From a virus, in the IMG/VR virus record IMGVR_UViG_3300032103_000014: 34,817 nt of DNA, one strand, 5' to 3'. Each line of letters starts with the position of its first letter. The first letter of the stretch is position 1. The translations under genes and the position numbers were made by a program. Of this stretch, positions 8,597-17,735 are shown one piece after another. The notes beneath the pieces were generated by a model, which was given only the letters and a program-made list of their open reading frames with translations, was not told the DNA's origin and ran no database searches.

Positions 8597-10210
8597 ATGT
8601 TGGGCACAGATATTATTATGTCTCGTGCCTTGCGTTACGTTGTAGACGAAAACAACTTAACTATAGATGCACTGAAATATATTCCGGGCCCGTTAAAGGC
8701 TGACTTGCAAGACTTGGCACTTAGTATTGCCGATGATATGCAAACAAATCAACTCAAATACTTTAGACCATTTGAGCATCAAAAGAAGTTCTTTGCTACG
8801 GGCACAGCAGACCGCCGCGGCATCCTTGCTGCTAACCGAGTTGGTAAAACAGTTAGTACTTGTTTTGAAACTGCAATGCACTTAACTGGGCGTTATCCAG
8901 ATTGGTGGGAAGGTTATCGCTTTACGCAGCCAATTACTGCTATGGTAGCAGGTGAAGGTTGGAGTCAGGTTGCACTTGTATTGCAAGCAGAACTATTGGG
9001 CACACAGGATATTAAGATTACCGAGCAGTTAGGCACAGGAGCAATACCACGTGATTGCATTGTTGTTGATACAATGCGTAATGATGGTGCTAACTGTATT
9101 GGTTGTGAGATTAAACACGTGAGCGGTGGCAAAAGTTATTTGTTGTTTGCCAACTATACACAGGAAGTTCGTCAGTTGCAGGGTTTTAAACTTAACCTAG
9201 CAGTATTTGATGAACAACCACCGGATGATTTCTTCAGTGAAGTTGTTACACGTACTGCAACTACACAAGGTAAAGTATTATGTTCGTTCACTCCACTAAA
9301 AGGCTTGAACGGATTGGTTAGTAAGTTTTGGAACACAGAACCCGGATATGAATACATTCGTGTAAGTTGGGATGATGTGCCTGAGTACGATCCTTGGGGA
9401 CAACCATTCTTATTAAATGAGACACGTAGACAGTTAGAACGAGATTATTTGCCGCACGAGCGCGAAGCACGTATTGCAGGTAAGCCTGTTATGGGTAAGG
9501 GTGCAGTATTCCAATTGAACAACTGGCCTACATACAAGACAGGTGACTATAACTTTACAACGATGCCTAACTTGCATCGTGTAATTGCACTTGACTTGGG
9601 TTTAGTTAACGACAAAACTGTTATTAGTTTGATGTATTGGGATCCATATGAACGCACAGCATTCTTACATAAGCAAATTGTGGTACAAGGTGTTGAGGAG
9701 GCTGTACCTACTCAGTATATCAACCACTTACTTCGCCCTGAAGTGTTTGGCACTCCTATCGTTTTACCTGCTGATGCTAGCACTAGTGGTAGATACACAA
9801 TGAGCAGCAACAGTATCAGGGAATTGTTTGAGGAATACGAACTAAATGTATATGACAAAGCAATTATGAACCCACCTGATACACAAGGTCGCCAAACAAA
9901 CCACAAAGCATACGGCATTAACCAAATGCGCCAAATGCTAGAAGTAGGTAGTTTGATGGTTAATGAGAACTGCACATACTTTTTGAATGAAGCAAGAAAC
10001 TATTTCGTAGATGAAAAGGGAAGATTTAGCGATCCAGATGACGCCATTGATTCTTGTAGGTACGCACTATTGGCTTGCTTGCAAGGAATTGCTGAGCCTT
10101 GGGACAATAGAACCCCGGCAGAGCGTATGCGAGCACAGCGAGACAGGTATGTAACCAGAGATTACGCATCTAAGCCCGCAATTAAACAAGTTTACAACCC
10201 AGGAAATTAA
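8597..10210 (+). CDS. terL: terminase large subunit
   Basis: 537 aa. Walker-A-like AANRVGKTVS followed by HLTGRYPDWWEG. Walker-B-like LNLAVFDEQPP. A C-terminal nuclease-like region has conserved acidic residues (IALDLG..., DDAIDSCRYAL). It sits upstream of the portal. Confidence 0.88.
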   Translation: MLGTDIIMSRALRYVVDENNLTIDALKYIPGPLKADLQDLALSIADDMQTNQLKYFRPFEHQKKFFATGTADRRGILAANRVGKTVSTCFETAMHLTGRYPDWWEGYRFTQPITAMVAGEGWSQVALVLQAELLGTQDIKITEQLGTGAIPRDCIVVDTMRNDGANCIGCEIKHVSGGKSYLLFANYTQEVRQLQGFKLNLAVFDEQPPDDFFSEVVTRTATTQGKVLCSFTPLKGLNGLVSKFWNTEPGYEYIRVSWDDVPEYDPWGQPFLLNETRRQLERDYLPHEREARIAGKPVMGKGAVFQLNNWPTYKTGDYNFTTMPNLHRVIALDLGLVNDKTVISLMYWDPYERTAFLHKQIVVQGVEEAVPTQYINHLLRPEVFGTPIVLPADASTSGRYTMSSNSIRELFEEYELNVYDKAIMNPPDTQGRQTNHKAYGINQMRQMLEVGSLMVNENCTYFLNEARNYFVDEKGRFSDPDDAIDSCRYALLACLQGIAEPWDNRTPAERMRAQRDRYVTRDYASKPAIKQVYNPGN

Positions 10211-10211
10211 T

Positions 10212-10442
10212 ATGACACAAGCAATGACAGACGCACTATTTGTATGTGCAGTAGAACAAAACGTTTTAGTGTTATGCGAGAAGCACGCCAAGGCATTTGA
10301 GTTGGCTGCAATGACTGCAAATACTCCGCATACAATAATTGAACTAGAACAAGATGAGATTGAAGGACACAAGTGTTATGCTTGTGATTTACAAGACGAG
10401 ATGACTCGTCCACGTATCGTATTACCAGGTGAATTTTTATGA
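10212..10442 (+). CDS. hypothetical protein (76 aa)
   Basis: ORF abutting the terL stop. Contains CEKH ... HKCYAC, a possible small metal-binding site. Confidence 0.45.
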   Translation: MTQAMTDALFVCAVEQNVLVLCEKHAKAFELAAMTANTPHTIIELEQDEIEGHKCYACDLQDEMTRPRIVLPGEFL

Positions 10443-10645
10443 AAGACTTTGTAAGAGAGTTCTTTACCGATATAGGCGGCAATTTTAGTACCACACGACT
10501 ATGGACTAACATTTGCTACGCCACTTGCACCTATATTATGATATATAATATAAACAACCTAGATTGGACCTTAATGTTAGCCTATGCAGGCATAGTAAGC
10601 GGTGCAGACATCGCTAAGAAGGTACTAGTCAAACGAGCAATATAA
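10439..10645 (+). CDS. small protein with two hydrophobic segments, a holin-like candidate
   Basis: 68 aa. The hydrophobic stretches are LWTNICYATCTYIMIY and WTLMLAYAGIVSGA. The tail is basic (KKVLVKRAI). ATGA coupling to the upstream ORF. The topology resembles class II holins, but the location between terL and portal is atypical. Confidence 0.35.
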   Translation: MKDFVREFFTDIGGNFSTTRLWTNICYATCTYIMIYNINNLDWTLMLAYAGIVSGADIAKKVLVKRAI

Positions 10646-10657
10646 TTAGGAGTAATT

Positions 10658-10804
10658 ATGGGTAAAGGCAGTGTACCACGTCCCTTTGAAGTACCAAAGG
10701 ACCAATTCCGTGACAATTGGGATAAGATTTTCGGCAAAAAAGACCCTAAAGAAGACAAGCAGGATCCTACTCCTAAAAATACGCTAAATACTACATTAAA
10801 TTAA
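10658..10804 (+). CDS. small conserved-looking phage protein (48 aa), below the ORF-track cutoff
   Basis: It reads ATG at 10658 through TAA at 10802-10804: MGKGSVPRPFEVPKDQFRDNWDKIFGKKDPKEDKQDPTPKNTLNTTLN. TTAGGAG lies upstream. A GKGSxPRPFxV ... F..NWD.IFGKK pattern recurs in small phage ORFs I have seen. Confidence 0.55.
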   Translation: MGKGSVPRPFEVPKDQFRDNWDKIFGKKDPKEDKQDPTPKNTLNTTLN

Positions 10805-10815
10805 GGATTCGCTTG

Positions 10816-13104
10816 ATGCTTGAAATTAAAAATATTCCGGTAGAAAAAATTAACAAAAACAACAAAACCAATGACCGTTTTGTCCGGATGAAAAACTTAA
10901 TGGACGTTAAGATGGCGTCTTATCTACGTTACTTAGGAACTAAAAATGCTGTTAACAGGGCCAGTGATTATCACTATCTATGTTTGGCTGTTACTGATTC
11001 AACAGCCCCTGTCAATGGTATTGACTACATCCACCCAAGCGTCAAACCAGTAGTTGATTATGCTACCGCAGTTATTGCCAAAGGCCTAATGCCTAATGGC
11101 GAAATTAACTTTGAGTTCGTAGCAGACGGTGAGTGGGACGAAGAAGCAGCACGTCAAGCAACTAATATGGTTAGCCGAGTTGTTAACCAAATGAACGATC
11201 CACACTTTATCTTAGAACGTTGGGTAATGGACAGTGCAATGCACAAAAACGGTATGATGATGATCAAACCTGTGCGTGAGCAAGTTACTCGTTATGTTGA
11301 AAGTGAAGGTACAAACGAACAACTTAAGGCATTTGAACTTCAAGCAGCAGAATCCGGCTTAACAACACTACGTCAAAGCAAGCGTCAAATTACTGTTAAT
11401 ATGGATGCAGTAATGGCCGAACTACAACAGTTGTTAGGTGAGCAGAAAAAGACATTGGCAAGTGATTTGCTAGACAAGCACATTGCCAGTATGCGTAGTC
11501 CCGATGATGACAGCAACTACGAAACTCTTGCACAAGAACAAGCAGAAATCTTTGCACAGCAAGAACTAGGTCAAGATGAAATCATCAACGAAGCAATCAA
11601 ACGCAACACAATTTATCGTGCCAAGTATAAAGTAACTGGTTATAACATCAACATCAAGTTCCACCCTATTGCTCAGCACTATTGGATTTGTGATCCTACA
11701 GTACCTGAAATGAAAGACCAACCTTTCTGTGGCTACTACGATCCAATGACAATTCAAGAAGCATTGGACTTGTATCCAGACATTGACTTAGAAGAATTCC
11801 GCACACACGCAGAATACAATATGAACGGCGCTTACCAAGCAGGCTCAGTATTAAACAACCTGGCTATTCACGCACGTGACAGCGTACCTGTTATGGGTAT
11901 TCCTGTAAGCAGTGCTGCAAGTGCTGACCCAGATAGCCGCCAAGTTAGTATTGTTACTGTATGGAACAAGTATGACATTGACGGTGATGGTGAACTAGAA
12001 CTAGTTGAACTAATTTACTCAGGTTCATACATTATCTCTGCACGTGAAGTAGAATTTATTCCTGTTGCTAATATGTGCCCAAAACCACTACCTGGCAACT
12101 TCTACGGTATGAGTATTGCAGAGAGTGTTATTCCTATGCAGGAATATGCAACGTCGGCTGCTCGTGCTGAAATCCAATTGGGTCTACTAACTGCTACACC
12201 ACGTATCGGTGTTAAGCCAGATAGACTTGACTTTGAAATGCTGCAAGATGGTGAAGCAGCAATCTTTATCTTAGACAGCAAGTTTGATCCTGCTAAAGAC
12301 GTTTATCAAATTCCACCCCCAAGTGGTAATTTAAACTTCTTAGAAGTTGGTATGAACCGTATCCAACAAGATACAATGGCTATGATTGGTATGACTACTC
12401 CACAAGACGTATTCAACCCGGAAGTTATGGCAGCAGGCAACAGTGGTGTTAAACTACAACTTGCTCTAAGCCCTAACCAAATCATCCAAGACAACACTGT
12501 GCGTAACGCAGCAGAAGGTCTAAAGGAAGCACTATATCTAGTATGGCGCACACTGATCCAGTATGGTGAAGACTTTGGTGTTAAGAAATTAGCAGCACAA
12601 TGCAGCCCTGATAAGGCTCCTGTGTTCAAAGACTTCCAAGCCTGGGACGATATGACCAGTATGATTGACCGCAAGCAACTACACTTAGAACTAGCACTAG
12701 GTATGCAAAGCGAAGAAAACGCATTAAACCGTTTACAAATCATTCAAAAGTGCCAAGGCGATTTATACAAGGCTGTACAAGGTTTAGTTGCACAAAATAC
12801 TTTAACGCCGGAGATTTACAAGAAAGTTAAAAAGCCTTATGCTGATACGCTGTATGTTCTAGGTGTTAAAGACTGCAATACTTACTTGCCAAGCGATGAA
12901 GAAATTGCTGAAATGATTAAACAAGCACAACAAGCCAGTGCTAACAAGCAACCAAGTCCTGAAGACCAAAAGGATATGGCTCAAGCAGCGTTGAATCAAG
13001 CAAAAACACAACAAATTATAAGTGAAGTAAACGGTGATGATATCACTAGTCAATTGAATATGATGGCAATAGCAATGGGTAAAAATACCGATTACGGTCA
13101 CTAA
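10816..13104 (+). CDS. portal protein
   Basis: 762 aa. It lies between terL and the scaffold/capsid genes, and the size fits podovirus portals. I prefer the ATG at 10816, which is 8 nt after AAGGA, over the TTG at 10813 used by the track. Confidence 0.75.
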   Translation: MLEIKNIPVEKINKNNKTNDRFVRMKNLMDVKMASYLRYLGTKNAVNRASDYHYLCLAVTDSTAPVNGIDYIHPSVKPVVDYATAVIAKGLMPNGEINFEFVADGEWDEEAARQATNMVSRVVNQMNDPHFILERWVMDSAMHKNGMMMIKPVREQVTRYVESEGTNEQLKAFELQAAESGLTTLRQSKRQITVNMDAVMAELQQLLGEQKKTLASDLLDKHIASMRSPDDDSNYETLAQEQAEIFAQQELGQDEIINEAIKRNTIYRAKYKVTGYNINIKFHPIAQHYWICDPTVPEMKDQPFCGYYDPMTIQEALDLYPDIDLEEFRTHAEYNMNGAYQAGSVLNNLAIHARDSVPVMGIPVSSAASADPDSRQVSIVTVWNKYDIDGDGELELVELIYSGSYIISAREVEFIPVANMCPKPLPGNFYGMSIAESVIPMQEYATSAARAEIQLGLLTATPRIGVKPDRLDFEMLQDGEAAIFILDSKFDPAKDVYQIPPPSGNLNFLEVGMNRIQQDTMAMIGMTTPQDVFNPEVMAAGNSGVKLQLALSPNQIIQDNTVRNAAEGLKEALYLVWRTLIQYGEDFGVKKLAAQCSPDKAPVFKDFQAWDDMTSMIDRKQLHLELALGMQSEENALNRLQIIQKCQGDLYKAVQGLVAQNTLTPEIYKKVKKPYADTLYVLGVKDCNTYLPSDEEIAEMIKQAQQASANKQPSPEDQKDMAQAALNQAKTQQIISEVNGDDITSQLNMMAIAMGKNTDYGH

Positions 13105-13136
13105 TTTTATTTGCTAAATAAAATAAAGGAAATGAA

Positions 13137-13475
13137 ATGATAAGCCAAGAAGCAGTAGATGCATATAACAGCCGCCTAACAGTGGATCTAAGTCAACTTA
13201 GTAAATTAACTACTAGTCAAAAGGATCAAGTTAGACATTACGGTAGCCAAGCAGAGGCTTTGTTAACAAACAAAAACTTGGCAATGTTTGTGCATCACTT
13301 TAAATTTAGTATTGCTGATGAACTCGCTAATATCGGCGGACACGCAGCAGACGACAATGCCAAGAGAGTTGCATTAACTAATCAACTCACTGGCATAGAC
13401 AGTTTTGTGAATAGCCTAAAGCGGGCTGTTTACTTAAAAAACCGTGTTGGTAATGCAGACGCACCCGACGCATAA
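13137..13475 (+). CDS. hypothetical protein (112 aa) in the head-morphogenesis region
   Basis: ORF preceded by AAGGAAATGAAATG. Lies between portal and scaffold. Confidence 0.55.
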   Translation: MISQEAVDAYNSRLTVDLSQLSKLTTSQKDQVRHYGSQAEALLTNKNLAMFVHHFKFSIADELANIGGHAADDNAKRVALTNQLTGIDSFVNSLKRAVYLKNRVGNADAPDA

Positions 13476-13486
13476 AGGAAGAAGAA

Positions 13487-14656
13487 ATGACAGATATGAC
13501 AACGAATACGCCTAACGCAGATAGCGCGGCCAATGTTCAAAGTGCAGTTCCAAGTATGGACGCTATCGCTGCTAAGATGACCGCAATGCGTGAACAAACC
13601 TTGCGTAATCAAATTGGACAGCAGCCTGCCCAGACTGCAACAGGGGAAGATGAATCGGCAGAGACATCAACTTCTGTGGCTCCCAGTGAACCTGGTGCCG
13701 AAGTTGCTGATACCAGCGACAATGAGATTGTAAGCGACGATTATGATGAGCCAGCCCAGGATGAACCTGTAAGCGACACTCAAAGTGATTCTAGTGCAGA
13801 TGAATTAATTGACTTCATTGAGTTTGCTGAAACAAACCCAAATGCCAAATTCAAGTTTATGAAGAACGGCAAGGAAGTTGTAATTGATGCAAAGAAAGCC
13901 GCAGCAATTTTAGGTCAAGGATCTGCAATACACGAAGAAGCAAGGCAATTGAAAGTTGAAAGAGCAGAATTTGAGGAGTACCTCACTGAAACTCGTCAGC
14001 GTCAAGATGGTCTTACTCTTGCAATGGAATTTACGGTTCAGCCTAAGTTGCAAAAAGCGTACAATGAAATCCTTAAAGTACAAGGATATCAAACTACATT
14101 TCAGCAGCAGTTGGCTAAAGCGCAGGATCCAGCAGAGATTGCTAGGATTCAAGCAAGTATGCAGCAGAACGAGCAATACTTAAGGACACAACAGGCTACA
14201 ATCGGCCAGTTGCAACCAGCAGTAGAGCAGTTCAAGCAAATACGAGCACAACAGGTAAGCGAAGCACTAACACAGGCTCGCAAGCAGTTCCAAGATAAGG
14301 AATTACGTAACGAGTATGTGTACAAGGAACTTCGTGAGAAGATTGAAAAAGTCTACCCTGGTGCAAAGCGTGAAATAGTTCCGGGAGTTCCTAACATTGA
14401 TCTTATCGCCAGCGATGAGGCTTTGTTAAGTTTGGTTAGGGACGGACTTAAATATAGAGACAAGCCCCAAACTAAGAGTGCAGGTGCAAGTATGGCTCAA
14501 TTGACGCAGCGAAAAGGCTCAACTAACACTAGTAAAGGCCAAGATGACAACATCGCAAAACTTCGTGAACAAGCCAATCGCGGTGATAAGAAAGCCGCTG
14601 ACAACCTCTTAGTAGCCCAATTGCAAAGAATGCGAGCAGGCCGAGGTGGAAGATAA
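13487..14656 (+). CDS. scaffolding protein (putative)
   Basis: 389 aa. Acidic, low-complexity N-terminus, a long Gln/Glu/Lys-rich helical middle, and a basic C-terminus (RMRAGRGGR). Lies immediately upstream of the major capsid gene. Confidence 0.6.
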   Translation: MTDMTTNTPNADSAANVQSAVPSMDAIAAKMTAMREQTLRNQIGQQPAQTATGEDESAETSTSVAPSEPGAEVADTSDNEIVSDDYDEPAQDEPVSDTQSDSSADELIDFIEFAETNPNAKFKFMKNGKEVVIDAKKAAAILGQGSAIHEEARQLKVERAEFEEYLTETRQRQDGLTLAMEFTVQPKLQKAYNEILKVQGYQTTFQQQLAKAQDPAEIARIQASMQQNEQYLRTQQATIGQLQPAVEQFKQIRAQQVSEALTQARKQFQDKELRNEYVYKELREKIEKVYPGAKREIVPGVPNIDLIASDEALLSLVRDGLKYRDKPQTKSAGASMAQLTQRKGSTNTSKGQDDNIAKLREQANRGDKKAADNLLVAQLQRMRAGRGGR

Positions 14657-14683
14657 TAGCCCATTTATTAAGGAGAATTTAAA

Positions 14684-15850
14684 ATGGCAGAAATTACAAC
14701 AAGTCAAATTGGTAACGGTACTACAGCATACGGTAGTGACATCGTTGTCAAAGATCTAGACCTAGATGTGTCTAACCGTGTTAAGGACGATACCCCTGTC
14801 CTAAATATGGCTATGAGCAAAAAGCGTAAAGTTAACAGCACATTACCACTATGGGCTGATGACATTTACCGCACTCCTGGCGTTCAGGCGCAAGTTGAAG
14901 GTGCAGCAGTTGCAACAAGCCAAGCAGAAAGCAACAGCCGTTACAACCTAGGTAACTACACACAAATTTTCAGCACTGTTATCGCTAGTAGCGGTACTGC
15001 TCGTGCTGTTATGCAAGCCGGTGGTGACCCACAAGCATACCAAGAAGTCAAGCAGTTAATTGAATTGATGTTTGACGTTGAACTACAATTAGTTCGTCAA
15101 GACCAAATCGGTACTAAGTACGCTGGTCAATCTGGTAGTGCATCTGGCCTACCAAGCGGTCAAACTGGTCGTCGTATGGGTTCTCTATCTGCTTTCGCAG
15201 GTACACAATCCTTCAACGGTACAGCCGGTGTTGGTGACATTGACACTAGCGTCAACAACGAGTCTACAGACAGTGCAGCAACTACAACTGGCGCACTAGA
15301 CGTATATGGTAACGGTTCTGCTTTCTACAGCGGTACTTTCACAAACCAGTACTTCAGCCCAGCACTATACAAGCAGTTAGTTACTACTGCTGAACAGCGT
15401 TACAACGCTAAGATTCGTACAGTTGTTGTTCCAACAAGCCTACGTACTTCTATCAGTGACAACATTCCTCAGTCTCGTGGTATCAACCGCGTAAACAGCG
15501 AGCGTGGTGACACAATCCAGACTTACGAAGGTGACTTCAACTACACATACGAGATCTTTGATTCTTGGATTATGGATCAAGTTGCTCCTAACAGCATCTA
15601 CTTCTTGAACGAAGATGTTGTTCAGTGGGGTGCTCTACGTGACCTAGGTCCTAACAACGAAGTATTCAGCAATGCTGACGCTTCTCTAGACCAGTTCATT
15701 ATGGAAGGTACTCTAATCGTTCGCAACCCAGCAGGCGTAGGTGTTCTAAACAACATCAAGGCTAACGATGTATCTAACCCAACTCTACCTGGCGCTCGTG
15801 CAGCCGCTATGGTACAGCGTGTAAACCAGGGTGCTGGTTCTACATACTAA
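14684..15850 (+). CDS. major capsid protein
   Basis: 388 aa. Strong RBS AAGGAGA. Codon usage looks biased toward highly expressed genes (cgt, ggt, gct, aac). It follows the scaffold and is followed by the strongest terminator in the window. Confidence 0.75.
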   Translation: MAEITTSQIGNGTTAYGSDIVVKDLDLDVSNRVKDDTPVLNMAMSKKRKVNSTLPLWADDIYRTPGVQAQVEGAAVATSQAESNSRYNLGNYTQIFSTVIASSGTARAVMQAGGDPQAYQEVKQLIELMFDVELQLVRQDQIGTKYAGQSGSASGLPSGQTGRRMGSLSAFAGTQSFNGTAGVGDIDTSVNNESTDSAATTTGALDVYGNGSAFYSGTFTNQYFSPALYKQLVTTAEQRYNAKIRTVVVPTSLRTSISDNIPQSRGINRVNSERGDTIQTYEGDFNYTYEIFDSWIMDQVAPNSIYFLNEDVVQWGALRDLGPNNEVFSNADASLDQFIMEGTLIVRNPAGVGVLNNIKANDVSNPTLPGARAAAMVQRVNQGAGSTY

Positions 15851-15870
15851 TCCGTAAGGGTAGTAAAGCA

Positions 15871-15896
15871 AAAAGGCTCCTCCGGGAGCCTTTTTT
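15871..15896 (+). terminator. rho-independent terminator after the capsid gene
   Basis: AAAAGGCTCC, loop TCCG, GGAGCCTTTTTT. The stem is GC-rich, with a flanking A-tract and T-tract. Confidence 0.9.
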
Positions 15897-15935
15897 AATG
15901 TCTATGCTGTAGTCTAAAAACCGCTAAATAACAGT

Positions 15936-16517
15936 ATGAATGATAATCAACCAGAATACCTAAGTGACAACGATCCAGAGAAGAATTGGAACTATTACCG
16001 CCAAGATCACGGTGGTATGGTAACAAGCCATAACGGTGTTGCAGACAAACTACTTCAAAACAACGACTTATACCGCAGTATGAAAGGCGATTGGAGTAGA
16101 ACAAGCGAGAATTCCAGCGGAAACATTATAATTACTACCGGACGCGAAGACGGCAAGTTTTATATTAAACGCGAACAGAAGAACGCAGAAGCAATCGCCC
16201 GTAGATGCCAAGAGTATCGCAAAGCAGCAGAAATGGGTTTTCCAGATCCAATGGCTCCAATCGGTGAAGATGGCAAACTACAACATAAATGGATGGAACT
16301 TCCAAACGTTGTAAGTATTCGTATTAGCGACGAGTATTTTGGGGGTATTCCGTGGAATACAATCAAACACGATAGAACGTTAAAGGCACAATTCTACAAG
16401 GTAGTTGAGCGCGATTACCCGCAGTATATTTGTTATCCAGGCGGTAAATTACCAATCCCAGTTGAAGTGCCATACCCTACTAAGCAGGGTGAAAAGAAGT
16501 ATTTTAGAGGAAACTAA
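15936..16517 (+). CDS. hypothetical structural-region protein (193 aa)
   Basis: First ORF after the capsid terminator. No motif recognised. Confidence 0.55.
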   Translation: MNDNQPEYLSDNDPEKNWNYYRQDHGGMVTSHNGVADKLLQNNDLYRSMKGDWSRTSENSSGNIIITTGREDGKFYIKREQKNAEAIARRCQEYRKAAEMGFPDPMAPIGEDGKLQHKWMELPNVVSIRISDEYFGGIPWNTIKHDRTLKAQFYKVVERDYPQYICYPGGKLPIPVEVPYPTKQGEKKYFRGN

Positions 16518-16521
16518 TTAA

Positions 16522-17724
16522 ATGTTTACAATACCAACAGCCAATGCCCTTGTAGAATATATTAAAGACTTTACCGGTAGCAGCAATGATGCCGAGATCA
16601 AGCAATGTATTTTCTTAGGCGAATTATCAATGCGTAATATTGAATTGCCAGCATTGCGTAGCGATCCATACAGCCCACAATATATTGGTGTTGTAGACCA
16701 CGAGGGCGGCATTCCTATTCCAGGTGATATGAACAAGCCAATCTTGTTCTTTAAACAAGGTACACAATATCTTGTTACTGTAGCAGCCAATGGTACAATA
16801 GGTGCTAGCACAATTACACTAACTGCAACTCCAAGTCGTCCGGTATCAACAGGTATGCTTGTTACAGGTACTGGTATTGCTAGTGGTGCAACAGTTACGT
16901 TAGTAAGCGGATCAGTGATTACACTAAGTTTGCCTAACACCGGCACTGTTAGCGGTAACGTAATATTCCAAACACCAAGCCCAGCAGCACAAACAAGTTC
17001 AACAGGTCCTTGGATTGTTTATGACCGTATTGGTGATAGAGACATTATCACACAAGGTATGATTGCACAGTTATACATACAACCTGTAAACGTACCAGCA
17101 GTTATTCGCGGCAAGTTCAGTGAAGTTGGACAGAAATACAAGTTCCTGCCGTATGCAGCAGAAGGTGACTTAGTTAACTTGTACTACTACAAGGCTTGGC
17201 CACTACTATTCAGTCCAGTAAGCGACATTCTAATCAGCACAACCGGTAACGTACAAACTGTAACAGGTGCAAGCAGCCCTTGGACAGTAGTAATTGATGG
17301 TATGACAACAACAGACGGTATTGCAGTAGGCAATTTACTAACTGCAACTGATGGTACTGGTACTATTAACAATGGTGGTACTATTGAAGTTGTTAGCGTT
17401 GACAGTGCTACACAAATTACAGTTGCTGTAACAGGTGGTACTGTTCCAACTACAGGTTCTATTACAAACATTAAACTAACTGGTTTAGACACACAAACAA
17501 ACCCTGTTCTGCAAACTTGGCCAGAAGGTTACATTTACAGCACATTGCGTGAATATTACATCAAGCGTCACAATGAAGCAGATGCTGCTACATTTGAAGC
17601 AAAGTTCCAACAGGCGATTGCAACTGTTGAGGATCAAAACAACTTAGGTAAGTGGAGTGGTGGACACACACGTTTAACCAGCGTATGGCAACCACGTCAA
17701 TACCGTCAGTATAACATTAAGTAA
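16522..17724 (+). CDS. virion structural protein (adaptor or tail component) containing a TGTGI repeat-type domain
   Basis: 400 aa. It contains ITLTATPSRPVSTGMLVTGTGIASGATVTLVSGSVITLS, which is the same module type that is duplicated in the 20792 fibre protein. Lies between the head genes and the fibres. Confidence 0.55.
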   Translation: MFTIPTANALVEYIKDFTGSSNDAEIKQCIFLGELSMRNIELPALRSDPYSPQYIGVVDHEGGIPIPGDMNKPILFFKQGTQYLVTVAANGTIGASTITLTATPSRPVSTGMLVTGTGIASGATVTLVSGSVITLSLPNTGTVSGNVIFQTPSPAAQTSSTGPWIVYDRIGDRDIITQGMIAQLYIQPVNVPAVIRGKFSEVGQKYKFLPYAAEGDLVNLYYYKAWPLLFSPVSDILISTTGNVQTVTGASSPWTVVIDGMTTTDGIAVGNLLTATDGTGTINNGGTIEVVSVDSATQITVAVTGGTVPTTGSITNIKLTGLDTQTNPVLQTWPEGYIYSTLREYYIKRHNEADAATFEAKFQQAIATVEDQNNLGKWSGGHTRLTSVWQPRQYRQYNIK

Positions 17725-17735
17725 GGACAAAAACG